64,000 bases of DNA from Chrysomallon squamiferum (GCA_012295275.1 CM022678.1:17360001-17424000); one strand, 5' to 3'; numbered from the stretch's first letter, positions 1 to 18,450 are shown. The notes: a model not told the origin generated them from the sequence alone. Numbers and translations: made by a program.

Positions 1-613
1 TTCAGTTCTGACCATAGTTAACAACATTTGCTTCTGTACAGAAAACAGTTTTGAGGTTATTCAATAAGGACTGAAATGTTTCGATCTCTCCACAAAATCT
101 ACATCAGCTATTACATGTCAATGATAAACAGACATATCAGTTAATAAAATACAGTTTAAATTACAATTGTATCTAATTTGTCAGTTTGGTTGTTAGCATT
201 TCACACATTTCTGAGAAATTCCACCCTAAATAACAACCAATTTTAAAACAGATGTATAATCACTGTCAGGAAAAACACCACATAACAAGAAAAAGGTAAC
301 TAAGACACTTTTTAGATATTGTTCAGGTATCTAAATGTTTCAAATTTGAATGAAAAGTCTTTTTTGAAAAAGCCACCAGTGAATAACTTTTTAAATTTAC
401 TAAATGTCAAACAATTTATCAGAAATTACTTGAAACATTAAATTTTAGATTTTAATATTTATTTACCCAGTCTGTGAACCTAGAAACATGATCAGTTCTC
501 AGTTTTTATGCATTAAATAAAAATACCTAAAAATCTGATATATATATTCAAAAAAAAATAATGTCCTAATTATTATTACAGTAAAAATAATGTACAAATT
601 TAGTTATTGAGCA

Positions 614-688
614 GGGACATCAGAAATGACAAGAATTCATCACAGAACTCAGCCGAAAGATGGTGTTTTAAAAATCATCCTTTGTCCC
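614..688 (-). ncRNA. SNORD51: Box C/D snoRNA, U51/SNORD51-like (yeast snR39/snR59 equivalent), in RPS8 intron 2
   Basis: On the minus strand: terminal stem GGGACA/TGTCCC, C box AGGATGA (675-681), guide CACCATCTTTCGG (653-665), D' CTGA (649-652), C' TGATGA (637-642), D CTGA (620-623). The guide is complementary to the conserved LSU rRNA segment CCGAAAGAUGGUG. The core CACCATCTTTCGGCTGAGTTC matches human U51 as I recall it. Confidence 0.85.
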
Positions 689-826
689 AGCTCAGATTTT
701 ATATATACAAATAAATATGTAGTAGTATTTACATATGAAATAGTATTTACATATGAAATCTTAAAAATGAATGATGCAGACTTGTTATTCAATATTTGTT
801 TCTTATGAACAATTAAGAAGAAAACA

Positions 827-1556
827 GCTAAGGCAACTCTTTCAGTAGTTTATTATTAACAATTTAGCTGAACACGGCTAATACAACTCTTTTAGTAGTT
901 TATTATTAACAATTTAGCTGAACACGGCTAATACAACTCTTTTAGTAGTTTATTATTAACAATTTAGCTGAAAACGGCTAATACAACTCTTTTAGTAGTT
1001 TATTATTAACAATTTAGCTGAACACGGCTAATACAACTCTTTTAGTAGTTTATTATTAACAATTTAGCTGAAAACGGCTAATACAACTCTTTCAGTAGTT
1101 TATTATTAACAATTTAGCTGAAAACGGCTAATACAACTATTTCAGTAGTTTATTATTAACAATTTAGCTGAAAACGGCTAATACAACTATTTCAGTAGTT
1201 TATTATTAACAATTTAGCTGAAAACGGCTAATACAACTCTTTCAGTAGTTTATTATTAACAATTTAGCTGAAAACGGCTAATACAACTATTTCAGTAGTT
1301 TATTATTAACAATTTAGCTGAAAACGGCTAATACAACTATTTCAGTAGTTTATTATTAACAATTTAGCTGAAAACGGCTAATACAACTATTTCAGTAGTT
1401 TATTATTAACAATTTAGCTGAAAACGGCTAACACAACTCTTTCAGTAGTTTATTATTAACAATTTAGCTAAAAACTGCTAATACAACTCTTTCAGTAGTT
1501 TATTATTAACAATTTAGCTGAAAACTGCTAATACAACTCTTTCAGTAGTTTATTAG
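827..1556. repeat. 50-bp minisatellite, about 14.5 near-identical copies, in RPS8 intron 2
   Basis: The unit ttcagtagtttattattaacaatttagctgaaaacggctaatacaactct repeats with a 50-bp period. Confidence 0.97.
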
Positions 1557-1569
1557 TGTAAATTAAAAC

Positions 1570-1676
1570 CTTTGTCATAGCTGCTGGACGTCCCAGTTCG
1601 AACTTCCTCTTCTTTCGCATCTGGGCCATGCGGCCTCCTGTCTTTCGGCGCTTGTGCCATTTATCTCTGGAGATAC
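1570..1676 (-). CDS. RPS8: RPS8 coding exon 2 (107 bp)
   Basis: AG at 1678-1677, GT at 1569-1568; encodes (G)[35 protein letters not shown]. Confidence 0.97.
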
Positions 1677-2573
1677 CTGTAAGAAAAAATTCCAGAAAAA
1701 TCTTTAATGATTCATTCATCTTTAAATCTATCATCATACGAAGAACACTGAATTTAACAATTATTTACATTGTCTAACTTTTTTTGTAGTTTTATTTTAG
1801 ATAAATTATCTTCTCGACTAGGACGTTTTCAGAAGTTTAAACCTGTACAGCCAACAGTTACAAGTGTATTGTATTTATTTTTGTTTATATTTAATGTCGT
1901 GCACTTCTCTTAATAGTACATTACTGTACTATTTCACTAAGTGGTATGAATAAAGAGATGCGCTTGCAACAATTACTGGTGCCAGATATCGCTCGAATCT
2001 TTGTAACAAAGCGAAAAGGTTTGATCGCCGAAAGTTATCTTTATTTTTATTTGTTTAGTTTCTCCAAGAAAAAGGAAAAGAAAATCATATATATCATAAA
2101 ATATAAACGCTAATCTGGTGTTTCGGATAAATCCATCAATTATCAAATAAATACACGACTTTGAGCTTGTGTTTTCGAAGCTTGCCAATGACCATGTTCA
2201 ACCAATTCAAGATTTGCAGTCCTAACTGCCTAAATATATAATTAAGTATTTAAATCCGCCATTACACGTTATACACTAACATTAATACTATCACACAGAC
2301 ATGCACACATATAACAAATTAAACACTGATGTATTTTATTTCCGTATGTTCAACCTAGGCATCTATTTTCCTAAATTTAACCAACCGAATGTTTTCACGT
2401 GTCTATGTCGATAAAACATCAAACAAAGTCATTTTACAAAATACTTTTAATATATATTTATCTCTTCAGAGCTTCTGTTTCAGATTTCGGCAAAATAAAT
2501 AAAGTGAGATTGTTTTTAATATCAAGATGTCACCGGATTTAATTATCAAGCCATTACAACACAACATACCCAT
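1570..2573 (-). CDS. RPS8: 40S ribosomal protein S8 (eS8), 5' part; coding exons 2570-2573 and 1570-1676; gene continues beyond the left edge of the window
   Basis: The spliced translation [37 protein letters not shown] matches the eS8 N-terminus. The ATG-G|gtatgt micro first exon and the 107-bp second exon (ttacag|...AAG|gtttta) match the exon layout known from vertebrate RPS8. Confidence 0.97.
2570..2573 (-). CDS. RPS8: RPS8 coding exon 1 (ATG G)
   Basis: Minus strand reads tctcaaaATGG|gtatgt, directly downstream of a polypyrimidine tract; phase matches exon 2. Confidence 0.9.
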
Positions 2574-2581
2574 TTTGAGAC

Positions 2582-2598
2582 GGAAGGTAAAAGGAAGG
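2582..2598 (-). promoter_or_regulatory. 5'TOP / TCT-type polypyrimidine initiator of RPS8
   Basis: Minus strand CCTTCCTTTTACCTTCC lies 8 nt upstream of the ATG, which is typical of ribosomal protein genes. Confidence 0.8.
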
Positions 2599-3203
2599 TC
2601 AGGGTCGAACACTCTTCAGAAGGGGACATAATTCTATTTTGATAATTTAGAACATTCGTAATTGTTCGGGACAGTCCGCTAAAATCGGTATTTTTCAATA
2701 TACATGTATTTCATTTGTGATAATAATGTAACAAAATCTATTTATGACAAAATTATTCGAATGTGAAAAGAAAAAAGTAATAAATAAATAAAGCTGTGTT
2801 TTGACTTAAAGAAGGTGGCAAATTAGAAGTTTTATTAAAAGCATAAACTGGAGTATTGATTCACTGTATTATTGTTAAGGTGAGTGTATTTAAAGTAACT
2901 GTTTCAGTTAAAAAAGCAAACATTTTGAGAATTATTTATCTCTGAACAAAGGGTATCTAAGCAAGGTATAAACGTAATTCTGTTATCATTTCATTTTGAA
3001 ATACATTTGTATGGGGAAAACCTTTTGAACACCCAAACATATATATACTATATTAATCCTTAAAATAAATATATTTATAAATACTAAAACCTGGGGAAAT
3101 GTAAGCATATTATATTATATATATAATGTGTTTCAGGGCTGTGATGAGCATATTGTTAGTTACGAAGTTTATAGACATATAACACACAAACTGTTATTGT
3201 TAT

Positions 3204-4345
3204 CTAAAATAGACTGAAATAAGAATAATTTTTTAATATTTTTGTTTTATTTTTAAAGTCAATAAAGCAATATATTGGTAAAAAAAAAAAAGAAAAAAAG
3301 AAGAAAAAAAAAACAAGATAAAACTTAAAAGAAGGTTGAAATAAAAATGACAAAACCCATAAAAGCAGAAGAATAAGAAGAAAATGAAGACACATTTAGA
3401 ATGAGAAGCAGAAATAAGAGAAAAGAATACTTATAAAAAGCAATAAAAATAAGACGAAAAAAATTAATAAGAAAACGAAGACATAAAAATAAGAAGAAAA
3501 AATATAAGTGCTCATTTGAAAGATACAGTTAAAAAGAATAATATAAAAGCAATGATGATAACAGACAAGAAAAAGAAGAAACACTAAGAGTGTTTAACAG
3601 ACAAAAACAACAAAAATATTTTTAAAATAGGAAATGAAAATAATAATAAGAAAAAAGACCAAAAATAAAATTGAAGATTAAGATGAAAAAAGAATGTAGA
3701 AGAATAACACGCATATAAGAATATTAAAAAAATAAAATAAAAGAAAAAGACAAAAATAAAAAATATATATAAATAAAATAGACATACAAACAAGAAAAAG
3801 AGAAGACAGAAGAATAGTAAGAAAACTAAGATAAATCAGTAATACTAAGGGTAAAAAAAACAACAAAAAAAAACAACCTAAGATAGACTATGAAGAATAA
3901 GAAAAAAGCTTTAAGAATGATAATTAGTTTGATGAAACAGAAATATTCTAAAAAGACAAGGAAGTGCTGTAAAAAGAAATAAGACACAAGAATAATTAAA
4001 ACGAAAAAAAAACATGAAGAGAGAATTATGAGAAGAAAAAGAACAATAAAGAAGAATAAGAAGAAAAGAGAAAAAACAAGAATAAGAAGAAGTAAGAATG
4101 GCAAATACACTGTATTGAGAAAAGTAAAAAACCCAGTAATTATTATAATCAAAGAAAACATCCAGAAAACTGAAGAATAAGCAGAATAAGAAATAAGGAT
4201 AGAAAGACGCAAAACCAGTAATAATTATTTAAAATAAATAAATAAATAAAAAACAAACAAACAAGAAGACAGAAGAATATGAAGAAACAAAAGACTGAAG
4301 AATAAAAATTATGAAACCATAAAAATATATAAGAAAACAAAAATA
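3204..4345. repeat. Low-complexity A/G-rich tract (decayed AAG/AAT repeats)
   Basis: The plus strand is almost all purine with no exact period; it produces the spurious F/L-rich minus-strand ORFs. Confidence 0.75.
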
Positions 4346-5181
4346 ATAATAATAATAATATTTAAATTAAATATATTAAATTCTACTATATCATAAATAT
4401 ATAATTATTTTTGATTTATTTAATTATTGTTATTATTATCATTATTATTATTATTACTATTATTAGTAGTAGTATTAGTATTATTAGTATTTTGATGTTA
4501 TTATTATCATTTGTTTGTTTATTTATTTATTTATTTATTCTTTTCTTTTCTTATTTTAATAAAAAGAAGAAACTGATTAAGAAAATTAATTCATAAAAGA
4601 TTTACCAGGGTTTTCATAGTTATTCCCCTTACTTCAGAATACTCTTTGTTACAGTATCTTTTATGTATTTAAAAAAATAATAAATCAGGTAATAATAAAT
4701 CAGGTAATAATAAATCAGATAAAAATAAATCAAATAAATTAACAACAATAATAATAATAATAATAATAATAGTGGTAGTAGTAGAAGCAGTAAATAAAAC
4801 AAAATAAAATAAATAAAGTCACATTCACATAACAGAAACATTTCTAAGAAGCTGTGTTCTACAAGGAAAGTTACAAAGTCACATCTTGTTCAGTACTTTT
4901 ACTGATTTTAAAATAAAAATGCCTTAGATGGAAACAGCTGTAACAGTTTTGGAAATAAATGCTGTATTTTAGAAATCTGTAAAGCAACAGAGAATGGGGG
5001 AGTTAAGAGCAAAACTAGATAGAAAGAAGAATGACAATGAGAAAGAAAGATGAAAAGAAACAGGTAAAATAACAGTTTCAATCCTCAAGACATTTTTAAC
5101 TGTGTCATGTTTGACATGCACTTCTGCAAAAATGATTAAAAAATATATTTGTTTGTTTGTTTTGTTTAATTTTTAATTAAT

Positions 5182-5212
<31 letters not shown>

Positions 5213-5409
5213 CGTATTTACTAATTTGGATTTGAGTCAGTCCTCTCCCTTATAACTTTTCCTGTTCCCAGTAACTGACAGGCTAATGAAATAAACAGAT
5301 ACAATATATAAAATAATGAATAAAAGTGCTAAATTTCTCTTCATTTTCATCATTTTATTAATGTATGACTGACACCTATAAGCACAATACAATATTCATT
5401 TCATTTCTG

Positions 5410-5457
<48 letters not shown>

Positions 5458-5687
5458 CCAGTACTGATAGTACTGTTGTTAATATTATTATATTTCTGTT
5501 ACTACTACTGCTGCTGATGCTGCTACTACAGTACTGGTTTTACTATTACTATTGCTAACTCTAGCAATTATTACTACTAGTAACAGTAAAAACACTCCTG
5601 TTACTACTGTTATTATTATCACTGCTACTGTTGCTGTGCTATTGTTACTATACTTACTGCTGCCAGTGATACTGTTATCCCCACCAT

Positions 5688-5736
<49 letters not shown>

Positions 5737-5809
5737 GCAACTACTATTACAACTACTAGTACTACTACTACTTATTTTACTACTAGTATACTACTACTAC
5801 TACTACTGC

Positions 5810-5876
<67 letters not shown>

Positions 5877-6367
5877 GATCACTGACACTTTAACGTGCAT
5901 AAATTATGCAGATTCTACGATCACCAGAAGGTGTAACAGGGTCAATTATTCAGAAAAACGGTGTCGTCTGAAATCACTTCTCACATCCTTTACTCACTCT
6001 CTGTCGAATTTGTCTCGGTCCAGCTTCAAAGAACGAACTTACGAAGTTCACGAAAACAGGAACGTGCGTGGAATAAATTACCGAGCTCTTGAACATCCTG
6101 AAACGACATTTTATGTCTTGCCATTTAATTAACTATGCAACAGTTCATTAAGCCAAGTGTTTGCTTGTAAGCGGTGTAGTGTGTGTAATGGGGGTTCGTA
6201 ATCAACAATAATGTTACGTCATTCGCAACTGACAATAACATTACGTCATCAGTCCGCGAGTCTTTGTCACGATGTTGGCGTAAGTGCTGTAATTTTTTGT
6301 CCATGTTGTTGCTGCTGTTATTTATTTTTTCTTTGTTCTTATTATTGTTATTATTATTATTATTATT

Positions 6368-6421
<54 letters not shown>

Positions 6422-7085
6422 GCTAGCTGCTGCAACTGTAACTTATTTTCCTTTTCATTCATTTATTTATTTATTCTCCTATCTATCCATCATAATCATT
6501 ATCATCATCATCACCATCGACATAAATATCGTTGTTGCTGTTCTTAAATTTATTATTTATTAACTTATTCTTTAATTTTTTAAATGTATTATTGTTGTTC
6601 TGTGTTGTTGTTGTTGTTTTTCTTACTGTTTCTATGATTGTTGATGCTATTATTATGGATATTGCTGTTGTTGCTGTTTATTTATTTATTTTTTCTGTTC
6701 ATTATGGTTATTAACAGTATCATCTTTATTGTTGTTACTATAGTTTCTATTACTGTTGATGCTACTATTACTGATGTTGCTGCTGTTGTTGTTTTTGCAA
6801 ATATATATATTTTTCTTTCTTTCTTGGGACCTTCCTTCGACGCGGTCATTTTCTTTCATTACTTGTACCTAAACGGCATCACGGAATATTAACACAGTTC
6901 TTAATATTAATTAAAAATGAAGGATTGCTTTCTGATTTGTCTGATAAGCACATTAATAACAACAACAACAACAACAACAACAACAATAATAATAATGATA
7001 ATGATAACAATAGCAATAATAATAATGATGATAATAATGATGATGATGATGAAATTATGGAAATAGTTGTAGTAGTCGTAGCACC

Positions 7086-7119
<34 letters not shown>

Positions 7120-7514
7120 AACGTTATGTACGTCTGCTGGATCATTTGTAGTCGTTGTTGTTGTCGTTGTTGTTGACGATGCTTTTTTTGTATGCTATTT
7201 TCTATTTAGTATTATTATCACTGTTGTTGTTGTAAAAGTTTTCATCTAATAACGACACACGCAGAAGTAATGGCATACTTTGTTTATATTTTAAAGACGG
7301 TGTCAACCTAATCTTTCACCAAGTAATTTAAGTCCGTGCCGTTAACGACTCCACCCATTAAAGATAAACACCTCGTGTTTTTGATGAACGTAACTTTCAT
7401 TTTATACGTCGAAGAATTACGTGATACAAACAGTTAAGCGTAATTTATTGGTAGCTTTCATAGTCATATTCAGTACAGCATCTTAATAGTAATTGTTATA
7501 ACCAACCCTACTAT

Positions 7515-7613
7515 AAGCAGTAGCTGAAATAGTAGTAGTAGTAGCAGTAGTACTTGTATCAGTAATGGTGGTGGTGGTAGTAGTAGTAGTAGTAGTTGTT
7601 GTTGTAGCAGTAA

Positions 7614-7644
<31 letters not shown>

Positions 7645-7749
7645 TGTATCAATAATGGTGGTGGTGGTAGTAGTTGTAGTAGTAGTAGTGGTGGTAGTAG
7701 TAGTGTTGTTAGTAGTGTAGTGGTAGTAGTAGTAGTTGTATCAATAATG

Positions 7750-7785
<36 letters not shown>

Positions 7786-7839
7786 GTACTTGTATCAATA
7801 ATGGTGGTGGTGGTAGTAGTTGTACTTGTATCAATAATG

Positions 7840-7883
<44 letters not shown>

Positions 7884-8028
7884 TGTATCAATATGGTGGT
7901 GGTGGTGGTGGTAGTTGTAGTAGTAGTAGTAGTAGTTGTATCAATAGGTGGTGGTGGTGGTAGTAGTGGTGTTGTGGTGGTAGTGGTGGTAGTATGTAGT
8001 AGTAGTACTTGTATCAATAATGGTGGTG

Positions 8029-8063
<35 letters not shown>

Positions 8064-8082
8064 TGTTGTTGTTGTAGCAGTA

Positions 8083-8119
<37 letters not shown>

Positions 8120-8140
8120 CAGTAGTTTGTATCAATAATG

Positions 8141-8172
<32 letters not shown>

Positions 8173-8194
8173 TGTAGTAGTTGTATCAATAATG

Positions 8195-8230
<36 letters not shown>

Positions 8231-8292
8231 GTTGTTGTATCAATAATGGTGGTGGTGGTAGTAGTAGTAGTAGTAGTGTTGTTGTAGGTGGT

Positions 8293-8329
<37 letters not shown>

Positions 8330-8380
8330 GTGGTGGTGGTAGTAGTTGTTAGTAGTAGTAGTAGTTGTAGTGTACTTGTG

Positions 8381-8412
<32 letters not shown>

Positions 8413-8480
8413 TGTAAAGTAGTGGTTGTAGTAGTATTAATGGTGATAACAGTAGTAGTAGTTGTTGTAAAGTGGTTGTA
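7515..8480. repeat. Compound (GTA)n/(GGT)n minisatellite with recurring anchor tgtatcaataatggtggtgg
   Basis: The anchor recurs at irregular spacing (e.g. 7625, 7737, 7791, 7827, 8010, 8128, 8182), separated by variable-length triplet runs. Confidence 0.9.
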
Positions 8481-8601
8481 GTAGCATTAATGGTGATAGT
8501 AGTGTTGTACGAGAAGTACTAGTTGTACTAATAGTACAGTAGCTGTAGTAGTGTCACTATTAGTAGAAACAGTACAGATCAGCATCTGTTGATATACTAA
8601 C

Positions 8602-8644
<43 letters not shown>

Positions 8645-8925
8645 TATGGTAGTGATGGTAGTGGTAGTAGTAGCAGTAGCAGAAACAGCAATTCCAGTAG
8701 AAAAATCACAGTAGTAGTAGTAGTAGTTGTTGTAATAGTAGTGGTGGTGATAGTGACCTAACAGCACTAGTAGCAGCAGCAGCGTTAGTAGTGACAGTTA
8801 CAGCAATAATAGTACTAGTAACTCTCATTACTAGTAGTAGAAGTTACTGTAGTAGTAGTAATAGTAGTAACAGCGGCAGCAGTAGCAACTGTTGTTGTAA
8901 CAGCTGCATTAGTAATGCCCATGGT

Positions 8926-9001
<76 letters not shown>

Positions 9002-9299
9002 AGACAGAAAAGAGAGAGAGAGAGACTTAATTCGTTCAGTCGTCGTTTATAAAGATATTTCAATTATTTTAACGACAATTTAATAAAAAAAAAATAAAAA
9101 GTACATTTTTTCGCAACATTCTTTGAATTCTTTTTCATCACTGTTTTCCACTCGAGAAAGCTGGGCACAATTTACGATAAATTTATACTTTCTTTCTCTT
9201 TCTTATCTCTCTGTGTCTGCCATGCCCATTGTCTGACTGCCGGCTGTTCTCTCACTAGACACTACTGTTTACCGTTCTTATCTCCAACACATCGGTAAC

Positions 9300-9337
9300 C
9301 CAGGGCGGGGCCAGGGCGGAGCCAGGGCGGAGCCAGG
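9300..9337. repeat. Three tandem 11-bp GC-box units (ccagggcggRg)
   Basis: ccagggcggggccagggcggagccagggcggagccagg; each unit contains the Sp/KLF core GGGCGG. Confidence 0.8.
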
Positions 9338-9840
9338 CCAGCACACGTTTCAGAACCGCACTTTTACTACTAGTGTACTGTTTCAGCAGATTCGGTCTCT
9401 GTGCTGTTGTTACTGACACTACTACTGCTACTGTACTATCACTGCAGCTACCACGTCTACTTCCTCTACTGCACTGTTACTAATACAAAATGACTAACAC
9501 TGCCATTCTGCGAAAACTGCGACCACTACTGCTACTACAACTGAAGTAAAGTCGCTACTTCGACTGCTGTTACTGTTTTCATTATTATTCATATTACTAC
9601 TACTGCTACTACTGTTACTATATGATTACTACCATTATTACTGTAACTACTACTACTATGACTACTACTGCTATTACTATTATGAATACTACTACTACTA
9701 TTATCATCATCACCTTTATTATTATCATCATTACTACTACTACTATTACTACTACTACTATTACTTATAGCAGCCGTACAAAGAAATATTATTAGCTGTA
9801 GTACCTCTGATAGTTGTAATAGATCACATTACTAAATCGC

Positions 9841-10064
<224 letters not shown>

Positions 10065-10687
10065 ATATAGATAGATATATATATATATCTATATATATTT
10101 GATAAAAGTTGTTTGGCGGATCTATTCTATTTTTTTACTTTCTTTTTTTACTAAAATCTTCCATTCCTTTTCGCTTTTTTTTATTTTATTTTTTTTACTT
10201 TTTATTATTATTATGTATTTATTCATTTATTTATTTATTGTTGTTGTTATTCTTGTAAAAAAGAAAATCCGGACAGGTCTGTTAAAGAACTCACAAACAC
10301 TTTTTTAAAGTCCGCGGTTTAGACGTAACCGAATCTGTGCACGAAAATGCTTTGCGAAAACAACAGTATGTAGTGTCAATAACAAGGTGTCAAAGGTCAC
10401 GTTCTACATATTAGCAATGACAGGCGAATTGATAAGTTGTGACGTACCAGAAGCCATTGTTTTGACACCGAGAATCTACGTTAATTTCAAAACTGATAAT
10501 AGACTTTTCATCTGTAGTTAAACGATAAAAAAAAAAAAAAAAAAATAGACGCCATATTTGTTGTTTTCCAGCCCAGAATATAATATTATTTAAAGACAAG
10601 TTATAAAAAAATTATCCATTATTTAGTAAAAAGGGGGCAACGTCATTGTTTTAAAGATGAATTGCATACCATTTATTAAATAATCTA

Positions 10688-10816
<129 letters not shown>

Positions 10817-11900
10817 TGTTGAAACAAAAGGACAATTGCTCTGGGGGATTGCCCCCCCCCCCTTGTTTCCACCTCTGATATCCCAAACCCAAGAAAAACA
10901 GAAAAGAAAAGAAAAAAAGGACAAATCAAAATTAAAGAGATCTACTCGGAATTCTTCGCCAGATTACGAATCGTGACTGATATGTTCGCCTCGGTCGAAT
11001 TTTGCCGAGTGCACGATGACCTTTAGTAAAGGTCATGGAAGTAAGCTGCAGTAAAATGTCTGGTTTGAAGAAGAACAGATCTCAAAATACAGTAGTCGTC
11101 TGCTTCTTTGTAAAAGATAGAATTCTGTTTTTCACTCCGGTAGAATAAAACCCGTGACCTTTCTAGTTGGATTTTATAAGTGTGTGTATGTGCGTGTGCG
11201 TTTGTGCGTGTGCGTTTGTGCTGTGTGTTTGTATGCTGTGCGTGTTTGTGTTATTTTGTGTATCTAAATAACTATAAGGAAAATGAAATTCTTAAATAAT
11301 TAAAAAGGAAACAAAACACAATTTTACTAAAAGCACTATATTTATGAATCAGTTTGGCTTGTATAAAATGTTTTTACAAAATTATTACAAAAACACAGAA
11401 TGAAGTTAACTAAAATAAACAAACAACAAAAAACTATACACTACTATCATTTACAAAATACTAAAATTAGTTTCCGATCACAACCGAACGAATGAGCAAG
11501 GCGTTGCTGTTAGCAACCTGTACATTATATACATGTTTTTATTTTATTTTATTTTATTTTTACAATTTCATTTTATTTTTTTTAAATTATTATTGTTTCT
11601 GTATTATTTTAATTTTCGTCTTTTCTTTCTTGCTACTAATAAAATTGATATGTATGTATCTATCAGGAAATCACTTTTTATTTTTGATTTACTAGTTAAT
11701 AATATCAAAGAGGTGCGAAAAGAGTCGACATGTTACGAGCATTTATTTGTTTTCCCGGAATAAACCGAAAGTATCCGAATGTTCTTTGATAGAAATAAGT
11801 TTATTTAATTTAAATTTAAATAAGTAAATTTAATTTTTTATATATTTGTTTTTTAATTATTTACTTCTTAAATTTATTATAAATAATACTTATTTAATTA

Positions 11901-11951
<51 letters not shown>

Positions 11952-12358
11952 TTAATTATTTTATTATTTTTATATTTTTTATAAACAGAAATAATCGCGT
12001 AAACATATGTTATAGATTTCGTTGTTTTTAATTGTTAATATATATTTTTTTTAAATTACACTATAATGACAATGATGTTGATTATGATGATAAAAATAAA
12101 TCATAACATTTTTGGTGGTTGTTAATATCGTGGTAATTAAAATACATATTAAAAAAAATAAAATCGAAATTTAAATCTTACAGATATTTTGATAATTTCA
12201 CAAAAATACGAACAGTAATTATTCACAGTATTAACACAAATCTAAAACTACTTATTCACATAACGGGAATGTCTGTATGTATACGTGTCTGTCAGTGGAT
12301 ATATTTACATATTTATACTAAGCTAGGCGACGATAATAATAATAATAATAATAAAAAT

Positions 12359-12435
<77 letters not shown>

Positions 12436-12501
12436 GTCTACATCCTCTCTCTCTCTCTGTCTCGCTATCTCTATCTCTCTGTCTCTCTCTCTCTCTCTCT
12501 G

Positions 12502-12584
<83 letters not shown>

Positions 12585-13223
12585 TTTTGAACCTTGTTAT
12601 CAGTTTAAGCAAACAATGACCTATTCACTGTTATTGCATATGCTAATTAATGGCATTCTAAATTTTATTAAGTATGACCTGCTCCAAAGATTTATTTTAC
12701 TCGGGGTCGTTATGACTTAGCCTGCGACAAAATATCTAAGGAATTCATAAATAAACATTTGCAGCGTAATCATTAATTAAAATAAGGAGGCGGGCTTAGA
12801 AAAAGCCTTTTCATGAATATTAAGTTGTGGGCGTTATCATTTAGATTTTGTGTAATTAGGATTTTTTTATTATTATTATTATTATTTTTTTTTTTTTTTT
12901 TTATATAATAAATATATCATAAAGGTAATTTACCGTGATAAAGAACTTATTTATTTATTTATTCGTTCATTCATTCATTCATTTTTATGTCTGCAAAGTA
13001 GTCTATTTGTGAAAAGTTAAATGACAATGATAACATTTTTAGTGAACTAGGAAGGCGTGGTTAAGAGTACTTCTCATGAATATTAATAGTGGGCGTTATT
13101 GCTATTTTCTCTGCATAAACAGTTTCCACGGAAATGTTGTTAAAATAGCTTCTTGTGAATATTAATGAGTTAGTACAGGACACGGCGATCTTAAAATCCA
13201 GACATAGATCTCGTATTGGATAA

Positions 13224-13275
<52 letters not shown>

Positions 13276-13451
13276 TCTCGTCAGAAACAAAAGGGGGTAT
13301 GGTGATGGGCGTGTCAAGAATACGCCACACCCACTGAATATACCTATTCTACGTTCTTTCAAATAGTTTTCTTTCAGTCAAAAATGTTTTTTCTTCTTCA
13401 TTCATTGCAAAACAGTTAATAACGATCAACACATAAATGAGCTCTATGACG

Positions 13452-18304
<4,853 letters not shown>

Positions 18305-18450
18305 TTCGATTCTGGAAAATAAAATGAGCGAATATTGTTTAAAAAAATAAAATAATAAAATAAAATAAAAAATGTAGAATAATAATTCGAGTATCATTGT
18401 TAAAGCTTGTAGTTCCTGTGATACGAATTTACTGACGGATTTGATGAGTA

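Noticed and set aside
5620-9435. Osr-type binding sites (GCTACTGT/ACAGTAGC) suggesting autoregulation
   Set aside because: They fall within decayed (CTA/CTG)n microsatellites, which generate the motif by chance, and the motif also occurs far from Osr.
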